A stretch of 64,000 nt of DNA, taken from positions 1-64,000 of the forward strand of contig BCKZ01000033.1 in NCBI GenBank assembly GCA_001600815.1, written 5' to 3'. The translations under genes and the position numbers were made by a program. This DNA comes from Alloascoidea hylecoeti. Lineage: Eukaryota. The notes below the pieces were generated by a model, which saw only the letters and a list, made by a program, of their open reading frames with translations, searched no databases and was not told the DNA's origin. Shown in pieces: positions 37,632 through 48,165 of this stretch (position 1 is the first letter of the stretch; each line of letters starts with the position of its first letter).

Positions 37632-39148
37632 TCAGATTTCATCATCTTTCTCTACCAGGGATTGTGTTTGCAACACTACTGCTACCTCTTCGGCAATACA
37701 AACACACTCACTTAACACTGCACTAACTACATCCTGACCCAATGGAATTGATCCATCGTAAGCTAAGAAGTTTATATCGACTCTACTATTGTCAATTTTT
37801 GCCAATTCAGCTTTTAGTCCCACAGATTTTCAAGTTTAGATTGATGTTGCTGTGCAGACATCACATTAGGTGGAAAATTTCTCCACTTAATTAAGTTATA
37901 TCTGATGAACTGAAGTTGATCATAAATAAGACTCAAATGCTCTGAAACTGGTTTATTTGATTCTAATATTTTACTAATCAATGAAAAACATCGTCCAATC
38001 ATATGTGAAACAATTTCTTGACCTTGAAGAGGTTGATCTTTTGTGTCGCCCCAATTGTCGTTTAAGATATAATTAAGATAAAATATTTGTACCCTTTTTT
38101 GGTAGGATAACAAATCGGCGAGCCTTTTTTTATGCAATTTCCAACGATCATCTATAAATGATGTATCTAAAGCATATTTTATACTCACCAATTCGTCATA
38201 TAATGGTTTTAATGTATCATCCATCGATTCTTCACAATCACCATTGGTTGCATAAAAATCACAAAACATAATTTCACATTCATCCATAAGGGAATTTACT
38301 AGTGCATCACCTTGTAACTCAACTGTAGGGTCAATATGTCGAGTCTTAATTACTCTAATTTTTAAATTAAATATAGATGTTTTTAATGAGTCAAATTCAT
38401 TATTTATTGACAATAATATTGTATCCTCTTTGCCATCGGAGCTTTCTGATAATAAAAACATATTCAATCAAATGGAAGAAAGAGTATTTATTTTCATTTT
38501 TATATTTAATAATGAGTCGATGAGAGGTAGCAAAGCTTTATCAATGCTGGGTATTGCAATATTATGATAATCATTTTCAACTGAAATTAAAGTTCCAGCA
38601 CAATCTTGAAATCTGTGATTAAGCATCATATATAGATCATCTTCATTTTCAACAGCTTTCTCAATATCATAATTATCAAGAATGTTTCTTATTTTAATAA
38701 GTTTGGATTTTATTGGTATAATCGTTTCAATGTCATAAGTTCTTGGTGTTTTATTAATTTGATCAAGCATTCTTTTAATTATTAAAAGACTAGAATATTG
38801 AGCGGCTATATGATCGTTCATTCCAACAAATATAAAACTTTCAGATAATAACAGAAGAGTATCATCAATTGTTTTCATATACTTATTAAATAGTTCTCGG
38901 ATTTCTTCTGGATTTGACTCATTTTTTTTTCTTCCTCCTTTTTCTCTGTTTCTGTTTGTGATTGTATTTAAATTTGGATTTATGAAGCGTTTAAGTAACA
39001 AAGCTCTCACAATTGATTGTGTTTCCTGATAATATCGAAAAATATCTTCTACCCTAATAGAATTTAATTTTAAAATATCATTGAGTTTACTTCTAATTTC
39101 AAACAACTTCTTGCATGCTAATTCGTAATCAGACTTTGTTATGGTCAT
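37632..39148 (-). pseudogene. Second DUF2408/Cub1-like paralog, disrupted
   Basis: Colinear with 35156-36727 (IIPIKSKL, SMDDTLKPL, GQ..SHMIGRCFSLISKILE, DGSIPLGQ). In-frame TGA at 38468-38470 (TCA in the paralog) and a frameshift near 37820. Confidence 0.8.
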
Positions 39149-39667
39149 AACTCTATATCGCTAATGGTGCTATGTTTTTTTCAAAAAATTTTGCTTTTGT
39201 GTGACATGGAATATACAAGAAAAAGTGAGGAAATTTACAGTTTAATTAATTATAAGACATTTAATATCAAGAAAGTTTAAAATGTATAGAACTAATATAG
39301 GATATATATATGTATATTAATCATGACAGTCACTCTTCCCTCCGAATTTAAATCGATGTTGAATTTTAATTGATATTCAAACGTAAATTAATTTATTTCT
39401 CTATGAAACTTATCGTACATGACACCTTTTAGACCTCTGAATTCCATCGACTTTTGGGGTGGTTTACAGTCTTTTTATTTGTTCTCAACAGATGTTCGCA
39501 AACCTAATGGCTAGTACCTCTAGGCTCCCATCAAGATCAGCCCTATAATTGGTCAGATATTCATTAAACACATATTAGGCATCTCCAAGTTTCATTTATT
39601 ATTCTCCACTTAGTAATCCTTTAAATCACATATGTTTATAAATTATTTATTATATATTAAGTAAATA

Positions 39668-40259
39668 TACCGGATATATTATTATATAGACTAATCAATA
39701 AGAGCTTCTGATAGTGTAATTATAAATTGCTAGGAGTATGCTTATTTGAACGGATATTCAAATTTCCAACATTTTCAACAAACACTCTTGAAATTATATT
39801 TCCCTCTTTTCTATCTTTGCTTGGAAGAGGAACATCCCCAAAACTAGCGAATAGTTCTCGGAATTTTCTGTGTTTTTCAATATAAGATTCATTGAATTGT
39901 AAATATGGTACATATTCCTTCCTTCCTGAATTTTTTAAACTCGTAGCTATCCAGAAAGTACCGTCATCATATGTTACACAAACATCGTATTGCATGAATT
40001 CTGACAGTTATCAAATCCGAGACATTGGGGGAACATCATCATATCTATATTTGTAGGTTACATCTGGTCCTCGATCGACGATATTATCTTAACCATATTC
40101 AGCAGGATCTCTTTCGTCAATTGGTGTACCAACCCACTCGGAAATTTCGTTCACAATATTCAATTGCGGTTGTGGGTAATCGGTCATCGTGAATGTTATA
40201 TTATTGTTAAGTAGCGGTATATGGAGAAAATAATTTTGTGTGAATTTGTGGATTATCTT
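39668..40259. repeat. Direct repeat copy B
   Basis: Near-identical to 34165-34758 (offset ~5.5 kb). Weaker homology extends to ~39600 and ~40394 (aagataaataggtatg). Confidence 0.95.
39720..40187 (-). pseudogene. Disrupted ORF of unknown family, copy B
   Basis: Same stop and C-run lesion as copy A plus an additional 2 bp deletion. Confidence 0.55.
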
Positions 40260-41323
40260 ATTTCTTAAATAGACTCATCATTATTTAGTTTTAGATTTAC
40301 ATGATATCTAAATAACTTATCTAGTATTATTCCATGACATACTTAGAATTGTTATCTTTGTCCTTATTTTTCATACCAAAGATAAATAGGTATGTGTAGT
40401 AGTTTGTTTTTTTTGTTTACTGTTATTTTATTTAAATTTATTTATATACAACATATAAAGTTGGATATTTAAGTTTTTCATACTAGATTGGTCACTTATG
40501 TTCGTTATATAGGCCTATACTAGATTGGCCACTAATGGGTTTCCAGTATAGTTATAGCATAGGAAAGATTAGACTATAAGCTCACATGTATGAAGAGTAG
40601 ATACTCCATTTAAATAAAACTTATCGGCTATTAGCTGGTTAACTAAAATATTGGCGTTCGATCTCGAAAGAATTATAATTGACATTTATTATTTAGTGTT
40701 TGATTATTATTCTGTTATAATTAGAAGTAATTAAAAGCTACAACGGTACTATGTAGTATGTAGTATACATTGTCAAGAAGTATTTTAAGTTGTTTCATAT
40801 CCTCGATCTATGACATCTCACTTATCTCATATTTTTGACAACCTATCTAGTTTAGAATAGATACATATATAATTCTAAATGCATTCATTTGTACCATTTA
40901 TAAACCAGTTTCAAGTCGGTAAATATGATAAAATGGGTTATCACAAATAAAAGATCAAGGATATAAAACAACTTAAAATGCCTTTTGAGTCCTTGAGGAG
41001 CTATTTCTAAAACCTTAATATCATATTCCGGTTAGGAATTCATACTATAACAGTTATGGTGATTATGTAGCTGTTTATGATCTGTTACGTTAATATATAA
41101 TTAGTCATTTGTGATTTATAAAAGATAGATCAGATGTTTATTAGAGCAGGATATATGTATATTACATTGTATAAGCTTATAATCTTGTTCGGGAGCAGAC
41201 ACTCTTGATCAGTCAACAAGAGGTCATATGGCTTTTTGGCGCAACTGGTCCATTTTCTATAAAAGGGAGCTTACCTCTCGGTTTTCTTATAATTATAATT
41301 AATCTCTTAACTCAACACCATCA

Positions 41324-41578
41324 ATGAAATATACTATATTTTTACTTGCAGTGGCTTCAATCAGTGCCGCGCTACCGATTGGAAATGGTAAAATTAAAAG
41401 TCCGGCCTCCGAGAAGCTAGGTGGTGATGTTGGTGAAATTGTTAAATTCAACAGTCCGGTGTCGGGGAACACTGGGAAGTACATCATAGGTACTGGTGCT
41501 GCTGGTGATTTTGTAATGGGCCCAATGACTACACCAAAGGCCTCTTTTGTAGTTCCGGTGGGTATAAAGTATGTGTAA
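41324..41578 (+). CDS. Small putative secreted protein, 84 aa
   Basis: Signal peptide MKYTIFLLAVASISAA|LP; TATA box TATAAAAG at ~41258; GC-elevated coding-like composition. Confidence 0.6.
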   Translation: MKYTIFLLAVASISAALPIGNGKIKSPASEKLGGDVGEIVKFNSPVSGNTGKYIIGTGAAGDFVMGPMTTPKASFVVPVGIKYV

Positions 41579-41745
41579 GTGGAAAGTAAAGGCACAACAT
41601 AGCTATACTACTGCTGATATAGGCTTACATCACATTTTATTACGTGAGCCTCTTTTTGTGATGATTAGTTTTCTCTGAGCTCAAGGATAGGTTTTCTTAT
41701 AAGAAGTTTTTTAGAGCACATTTTTTTGATCGGAACACCATTGTT

Positions 41746-41750
<5 letters not shown>

Positions 41751-41776
<26 letters not shown>
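41751..41776. repeat. (TA)n microsatellite
   Basis: Directly visible. Confidence 0.9.
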
Positions 41777-41777
<1 letters not shown>

Positions 41778-43968
41778 TGATACATTTAAGTTGTATTCCA
41801 AAAGCACAATAGTTTAGTGTGGCGACCTCGACAGGAATTTTAAATCAACTTTTATATGTTTAAGATAAAGTAATGAAATGTGTAATATATGTGTAAATAA
41901 GAAGGTAAAAAGAATATAAGATGTTATAATTATATATAAGATAAAAGTATTGTAAAAGATAAAAGGTGTTACAATAAAAAGGTGTTGTTCTTTTGAAACA
42001 AACAATAGGACAACATATAAAACCGGCTGCTCTCAAAAAATTCAATACACTCGTGGAGCTCATTAGACTTAAGCTTGTTCATCTAACATCTTATTGATGA
42101 GCATGTTACCTGGTTTTAATATTCATTTAAAAAAGCAGGAAACAAGCGTAGCGCCCAAGGAATACATTACCTAAGTCTTTTATTTGGTATATGTATAATT
42201 TGGTCCCCTATAGAAGGTCAAAAATTGACCATTATACGTAGGTTCTGTTCCATAAAAAGTCCTGTTTTCAATTACAATTGGCATTTCACAATGAATCCCA
42301 ATTGAGTTCACTTTTTGAAATTTGTTAAAAAAGTTGTTATGTTCCTATATCATATATCGGTATATCCTTATATGAATACCTTAATTATAATCAGTCAATG
42401 GCCAATTACGTATACAATAATAGATTATCAAACAATTAAATATGATCACTAACTAATATATCAACCTACAAAGCTATACGCAATTGAAAATAAAATGATT
42501 ATACCATTAAAAATTAAAACTCGTTGAGAAAAAATCATAAAAATTATAAAGAAGACTTTTCCATATACAGTTCAAATCATATAATTTGTATATATCGTAT
42601 AAACTTCAATACGGTACAATATATTTTATCTTCAGTAAAAATTACAATCCACCCCAAGAAGAAACAAGATCCAAATCCTTTGAAAATGAACTCATCAAAA
42701 ACATTGAAAAAGCATTACCTACACTACACAGTCATTGTGTCATCCCATCGTTGGATCCGGATTCCTTGAACCAACGTTAACTTTGAATTGGATTTAATAC
42801 CTATATAAGTTAAATAAAATCCACAGCTCAATAAATAGGGGCGTATTTTCTAATTATACAGAATTTACCTGTATAAAGTTTAGAATCAATCTACATTTTC
42901 ATGTTTGATTGGAAGATGATATTAATTTGTGTTTACATTGAGAATTAAATGAACCATTTTTAGAAAATTTGATGCCGGCAATCAATTGACGAATACAAAA
43001 AATGGATAGCCTCCGCAAAGTTAAATATACAACTACTTGAATATTAAACGGAGCTTGAAAAGAGCAACAAGTTGGAATGTTACTTATTAACCAATGATTG
43101 ATCAGATCTATATGCGAATGGGACGGACATCAATAACCGCAATATTAATGATAGCTCGATGTTTAAAAATTTACGTATACTATATTAGTGAAAGATTGAG
43201 AAGAGTAATATTTTTTTGCAAAAAGCTCTAATGCGTGGATCGTCATGATCAAATATCAAAATTAATAAAACCATGGACGGGGTTACATTTGAATAAATGC
43301 AACAGCAAAGCGCATCTAAAATTTGTAGTGGTTTCTAGGAACACCACCAAAAAACGCGACGCGAAAATTTTACTTTCCTTTTAAAAACAAACCTTGATTT
43401 AAAGTGGAAAATCTGTAAAAATATAAATTATATATAGGTTTATATTAATTTATTTATTTATCTATTTTTTTGAAGGATATTTCTTGATTTTTAATGTTCT
43501 GTTTGGTTCAAGGAACCCCAAATATGTAAGAAATTTAAACCGATACAGCACAATTGCAATATAAAAATCGTTGATTAAAAGCTTCGAATTCATTGGGATC
43601 AATATTAATAATATGCATAGATGTAGCCTATAAAGTTATAAACCATTTAAATATTCATTCAAGTTTATTACGTCAGGCGTAAGATTCTATTTTGCTTACT
43701 AAATATTATAGGATATAGCGCTAATTATAATTATACTCTATAATAGGCAAATTGGTTTTTTATCGGTGAAATCACTGAAATGTCAAATATGTAGAAATCA
43801 AGCAAATAAGTGAATAAATATAAGTTTAATTTTAAATGATGATAATGATAATGATAATGATAAGTAAAAATATATTGTATAGCTATGGTAGATTATATTG
43901 AACAAAAACAATTTCCAAAAAACGTTAGTAGTTATTATCTATAAGATATTCAAAGTTTTAAATTTAAA

Positions 43969-45330
43969 TTATGATGATATGTTTAAAGGATCATTTTCTT
44001 TTAAAACATTTACAGCAGTTCCTAATAATCTATCGAATCCACTTTTAAGTAAAACAACAACTTTTAATTCAGTTATTGCAATAACACTTGCTTGTCTTGG
44101 AACATTTCTTAATAAAGCAATTTCACCAAAATAATCACCTTTCTTTAAAATTGATATAAAATTTTCATTTTTTTCAACTTTAACTTTACCTGATTCAATT
44201 ATAAAAAATTCCTCACCAAAATCGCCCTCTTTTATGATAATTTGTCCTGGATTTATAGTTCTTGTATCTAAAGCATCAGCTAATTTAAATAATTCATAAT
44301 GTTGTAAACCTTTTAATAAAGGAACTTCTTTTAAAAAACTTTCAAACATTGCTCTTCTTTTTGATGTTTCTTCAAGTAAAATTCTTCTAAAAGTAACACG
44401 ATCTAAAGCCCATAAAATAGTTTGTGTAACAGATATAACAGTAGCTGCTCTTGGAGCATTATACATTAAAGCCAACTCACCAAAAGTAGAGCCGGATTCA
44501 CCGGAGTTAACTTTATTACCATTTATTGTGAATTCTACTTTACCAGTTTCAATTATATAGAAATATTCACCTTCTTCGTCGCCTTCTTTTATAATAATAT
44601 CACCAGGATTAGAAGTTTTCTCTTCCATCGCATGTATTACTAAATCCAAACTTGTAGAATCCAAATTCTTGAAAAGGAAAGAAGTAGTGACAGTGTTTTT
44701 CAATCTTGTAATTTGTTCTGGGTCCAATTGCCGATATGGGGGTTTCCAAGAATCATTGGTAGTAGTAGGCATACTTTCTGCAGAGACGGAAACTCTACGA
44801 TTAATAGTTCTATCTATATTCGTGAGATTTGTAATCTGTGGAAGTTGCAATCTATAGTTAGAATTAGAATTAGAATTAGGAGCCAGTGGATCTGTATTGG
44901 CCTCAATGGCAGTTCTTTTCGTACCAGCTAATGAAAAGGTTTTATTTTGAAAGGGGGACCTGGCAGGAGACGGGGGTCTGCGTATGGCTTTTGGATCCTG
45001 ATCAAAAGGGGTTCTAAATAAAGGAGCATCATTAACAGTAGGGTCATCTTTCTCCTGACCAAAGTTGGAAGGAGTAGTAGGATCCACGGTTTCTCTTGCA
45101 CCATTTTTGAAGTATCCAGAGGGTTTGTTAAAGTTGTTGAGGTTGAAAGTAGGAGGTGTATCAGTATCGGCTGGAACAGCGCCTTTCGCTGCAGACCTAA
45201 GTCCCTCTCGCTGTTCTTCTAATTTTTTGTTGAAGTAGTTTGCACAGAACTGGAGCACATCTTTGGGTTTCTGCAGCTGCAACTGATGAGACAGTAAATT
45301 GAGTTCGTTGTAGTCCTGGGGAAAAGACAT
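43969..45330 (-). CDS. BCY1: cAMP-dependent protein kinase regulatory subunit
   Basis: D/D domain (PKDVLQFCANYF), inhibitory site RRVSVSAE, two cNMP cassettes (FGELALMYNAPRAAT; FGEIALLRNVPRQAS). ATG at 45330. Confidence 0.96.
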   Translation of the reverse strand: MSFPQDYNELNLLSHQLQLQKPKDVLQFCANYFNKKLEEQREGLRSAAKGAVPADTDTPPTFNLNNFNKPSGYFKNGARETVDPTTPSNFGQEKDDPTVNDAPLFRTPFDQDPKAIRRPPSPARSPFQNKTFSLAGTKRTAIEANTDPLAPNSNSNSNYRLQLPQITNLTNIDRTINRRVSVSAESMPTTTNDSWKPPYRQLDPEQITRLKNTVTTSFLFKNLDSTSLDLVIHAMEEKTSNPGDIIIKEGDEEGEYFYIIETGKVEFTINGNKVNSGESGSTFGELALMYNAPRAATVISVTQTILWALDRVTFRRILLEETSKRRAMFESFLKEVPLLKGLQHYELFKLADALDTRTINPGQIIIKEGDFGEEFFIIESGKVKVEKNENFISILKKGDYFGEIALLRNVPRQASVIAITELKVVVLLKSGFDRLLGTAVNVLKENDPLNISS

Positions 45331-45622
45331 TTTGAAAAAAGTAGAGATAATCAAGGCGAAAGGAAATATATAAAAAAGATTAAATATTCAAATTTGAAGA
45401 ATTCAAAATTTAAATTTCTAAAAAAAAAATTGGATTAACTCCCAAAAGAAGCAGCTCGTATTTCGAAACCTGTGAAAATAAAAAAAAAAGTGACTTTTTT
45501 AATAATTAATTAACAGAAACGTTGAGATTGCCGTTTTATTTATATGCAAAATTTAAAGATCTTCCAACGTTTTAACCGTTAACGTTTAAGTAGTTAATTT
45601 TTAATTTCACTATTACTCCTAT

Positions 45623-47989
45623 TTAAATATCTATACGCCGCAAAAGTTCATTCAACTCTTTTTCTCCAATCACATTATCTACAATATCCCGTCTCCGTTC
45701 CTTTTCTTCTTTTAACAATCCTTGAAGCTTGTCTAAAATAACATTTGCATCTTCTTCTTCTTCTACCGAAACCTTCTTCTTTCCTCTTTTCAATGTATCA
45801 AATTTATAATCCCCCATTCCAATAACGACATGTTCCAACTTAAGCTTATCATTTGCTCTTTCTAGTAATAATTGCTCCACGCTGTTGCTCATAACCAACC
45901 TGTAAACATTAACTGGTTTCTCCTGTCCAATCCGATGTGCTCGATCCATCGCCTGTAAATCTTGCTGTGGATTCCAATCACTATCGAACATGATTACAGT
46001 ATCTGCAGCTGTCAAATTAATCCCAAGACCTCCAGCTCTAGTAGATAATAAAAATATATTGTAATTTTTATTATTACTAAATGATTCGATTTGTTCTTGT
46101 CTTTCACTTTGTGCCATAGATCCATCAATACGACAAGTTTTCCAATTATTTAAATCTGTTGCCCATTCATCTAAAATATCCATCATTTCAACAAATTGAC
46201 AAAATATTAATATTTTATGACCTGTTGAAATTAATTTTGGTACAAGTTGATTTAATAATTGTAATTTACCTGATGTTTTTAAAACTCTTTCATCAATTGT
46301 TTCATTATCATTTAACCATGGGTAATAAAAAAGATATGGTGAATCACAAATTAATCGTAATTGCATTAGAGGATTTTGAAGCTTTTTGGAAGATATTTGT
46401 TTTAATGATTTTAAATATAATTTCTGAATTTTTTGATCTTTTAATGATAATACTACTTGTGGTTGTGATTGTTCATTTTTATTTTCACTTTCACTTTCAC
46501 TTTCAAATTCACTTTCACTTTTACTTTCATTTTCATAAACCCGTCTCTTCCTTAATCTTAAATTATCAACATTATCAACATTCTTCTTTAAATAATCATT
46601 AATATCATCAATTGTAATTTTTGATTCATTTCCATTATTAATATTCATTGTAATTAAAATATCTTTCATACAAACTTCAATAAGATGACGTTTAATTAAA
46701 TTAGTATTTTTTTTTGTTAAAAACATATCATATAATTTATATTGTGTATCAGTCATTCTTCCATATATAACTAATTCTCTTTTACTTACTAAATCTTTAA
46801 TAACATCTTTTTTTAAACGTCTTAAAATAAAAGGTTTTAAAATTGCATGAAGATTACTAACAAGATCTTCTTTAACATTACCATCATTAAATAAATTTTG
46901 ATTTTGATCTTTTTTCTTTGAATTTATATTTGATTTTGAAAAATCAAACCATTGTTGAAAAATATTTAAATCTTGAAAAACATCAGGTAATATAAAATTT
47001 AATAAACTCCATAATTCATTTAAATTATTTTGTAATGGTGTACCAGTTAAAATTAAACGATTTAAACTGTTTAAACTTTTTAAAATTTTAATTAATAAAC
47101 AATTCATATTTTTTAATCTATGACCTTCATCAACAATTAAATATGACCACTCAAATGTTGATAATTCAAATTTATCACGTAAAATAATTTCATATGATGT
47201 TATAACAATTGGCATAATACTTTTTTTATATGATAATTTATCTTTTAACATTTGTTTTCTTTCTTCTTTTGTACCATGATATAATAAAATATTTAAATCT
47301 GGAGCAAATCTTTTAAATTCATTTTTCCAATTTGCAATTGTACTTAATGGACCAACAATTAAAAAAGGACCTTTAATTCCTTTTTCAATTAAAAAACATA
47401 AAAATGCAATTGATTGGATTGTTTTACCAAGACCCATTTCATCAGCTAAAATACCATTTAATCCATTTTCATATAATGTAATCAACCATTCAGTTCCTTC
47501 TAATTGATAAGGTCTCATTGTACAATCTTTTAAAAGATATGGTTGTGGCATTAAATTAGAAGTATTTTCTTTATTATCTTTAATCTGTATTTCTTGATAT
47601 TCTCTTTCTTCTTTGGCACGTTTTAATAAATCCATAATATTTGTTTGACCTTTACGTCCTTGTACCCTTTTAGACTTTCTACTACTTCCTAATCGAGGCC
47701 TTTTTTCCAAATTTGGATTCTCCTCAGCGTCTTGCTTTCTCTTTAATTTTTGAACTTCATGTTCTTGTAATCGATCAGCCAAAATCCCACTATAAACTTT
47801 ACTCTTTTGAACCAAAAACATTAAACGATTTAATTTATCCTCTGTTGATTGATTAGAGAACTCTTCAAACTCTTTGGTGATATGATTCAGTGTTGTTGGA
47901 GCAGTAGACTCTTTTGACTCAACATCATCGTACGATGAAACTGTTGAATCAGCCTGTAAAATTGGTAGTCTTGACATTTTTCTATCCAT
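45623..47989 (-). CDS. IRC5: Snf2-family ATPase of the Lsh/HELLS subfamily
   Basis: LYENGLNGILADEMGLGKT, VDEGHRLKN, LSTRAGGLGINL, QAMDRAHRIGQ; N-terminal KLNRLMFLVQKSKVYS typical of Irc5/Lsh. Confidence 0.9.
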   Translation of the reverse strand: MDRKMSRLPILQADSTVSSYDDVESKESTAPTTLNHITKEFEEFSNQSTEDKLNRLMFLVQKSKVYSGILADRLQEHEVQKLKRKQDAEENPNLEKRPRLGSSRKSKRVQGRKGQTNIMDLLKRAKEEREYQEIQIKDNKENTSNLMPQPYLLKDCTMRPYQLEGTEWLITLYENGLNGILADEMGLGKTIQSIAFLCFLIEKGIKGPFLIVGPLSTIANWKNEFKRFAPDLNILLYHGTKEERKQMLKDKLSYKKSIMPIVITSYEIILRDKFELSTFEWSYLIVDEGHRLKNMNCLLIKILKSLNSLNRLILTGTPLQNNLNELWSLLNFILPDVFQDLNIFQQWFDFSKSNINSKKKDQNQNLFNDGNVKEDLVSNLHAILKPFILRRLKKDVIKDLVSKRELVIYGRMTDTQYKLYDMFLTKKNTNLIKRHLIEVCMKDILITMNINNGNESKITIDDINDYLKKNVDNVDNLRLRKRRVYENESKSESEFESESESENKNEQSQPQVVLSLKDQKIQKLYLKSLKQISSKKLQNPLMQLRLICDSPYLFYYPWLNDNETIDERVLKTSGKLQLLNQLVPKLISTGHKILIFCQFVEMMDILDEWATDLNNWKTCRIDGSMAQSERQEQIESFSNNKNYNIFLLSTRAGGLGINLTAADTVIMFDSDWNPQQDLQAMDRAHRIGQEKPVNVYRLVMSNSVEQLLLERANDKLKLEHVVIGMGDYKFDTLKRGKKKVSVEEEEDANVILDKLQGLLKEEKERRRDIVDNVIGEKELNELLRRIDI

Positions 47990-48039
47990 TAATTAAAAAA
48001 TAAAATAAAAATAAAATAAAATAAAATCAAATCATGAAG

Positions 48040-48095
48040 AGCGCGTCGCGAATTTCAAAATTTTTGAATGTATTCGATAACTTAAATCCGGGTAA
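48040..48095. promoter_or_regulatory. Shared IRC5/RSC8 promoter: CGCG-rich (MCB/Rsc3-like) element and Reb1 site
   Basis: GCGCGTCGCGAA at ~48040; CCGGGTAA at 48088-48095; (taaaa)n tract at ~48001. Confidence 0.55.
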
Positions 48096-48165
48096 ATTAA
48101 AAGCCACCAAAAAACTCCACACGTTGCCAAAAACACGAAACACAAAAACAATCATAAATAATAAA

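Noticed and set aside
34165..40259. Direct repeats as LTRs of a retrotransposon
   Set aside because: No TG...CA termini, PBS, polypurine tract or target-site duplication; boundaries fade into weaker homology and the interior has no gag/pol.
41818..42088. Solo LTR (TGTGG...AACA)
   Set aside because: No matching target-site duplication and no second copy in the window.
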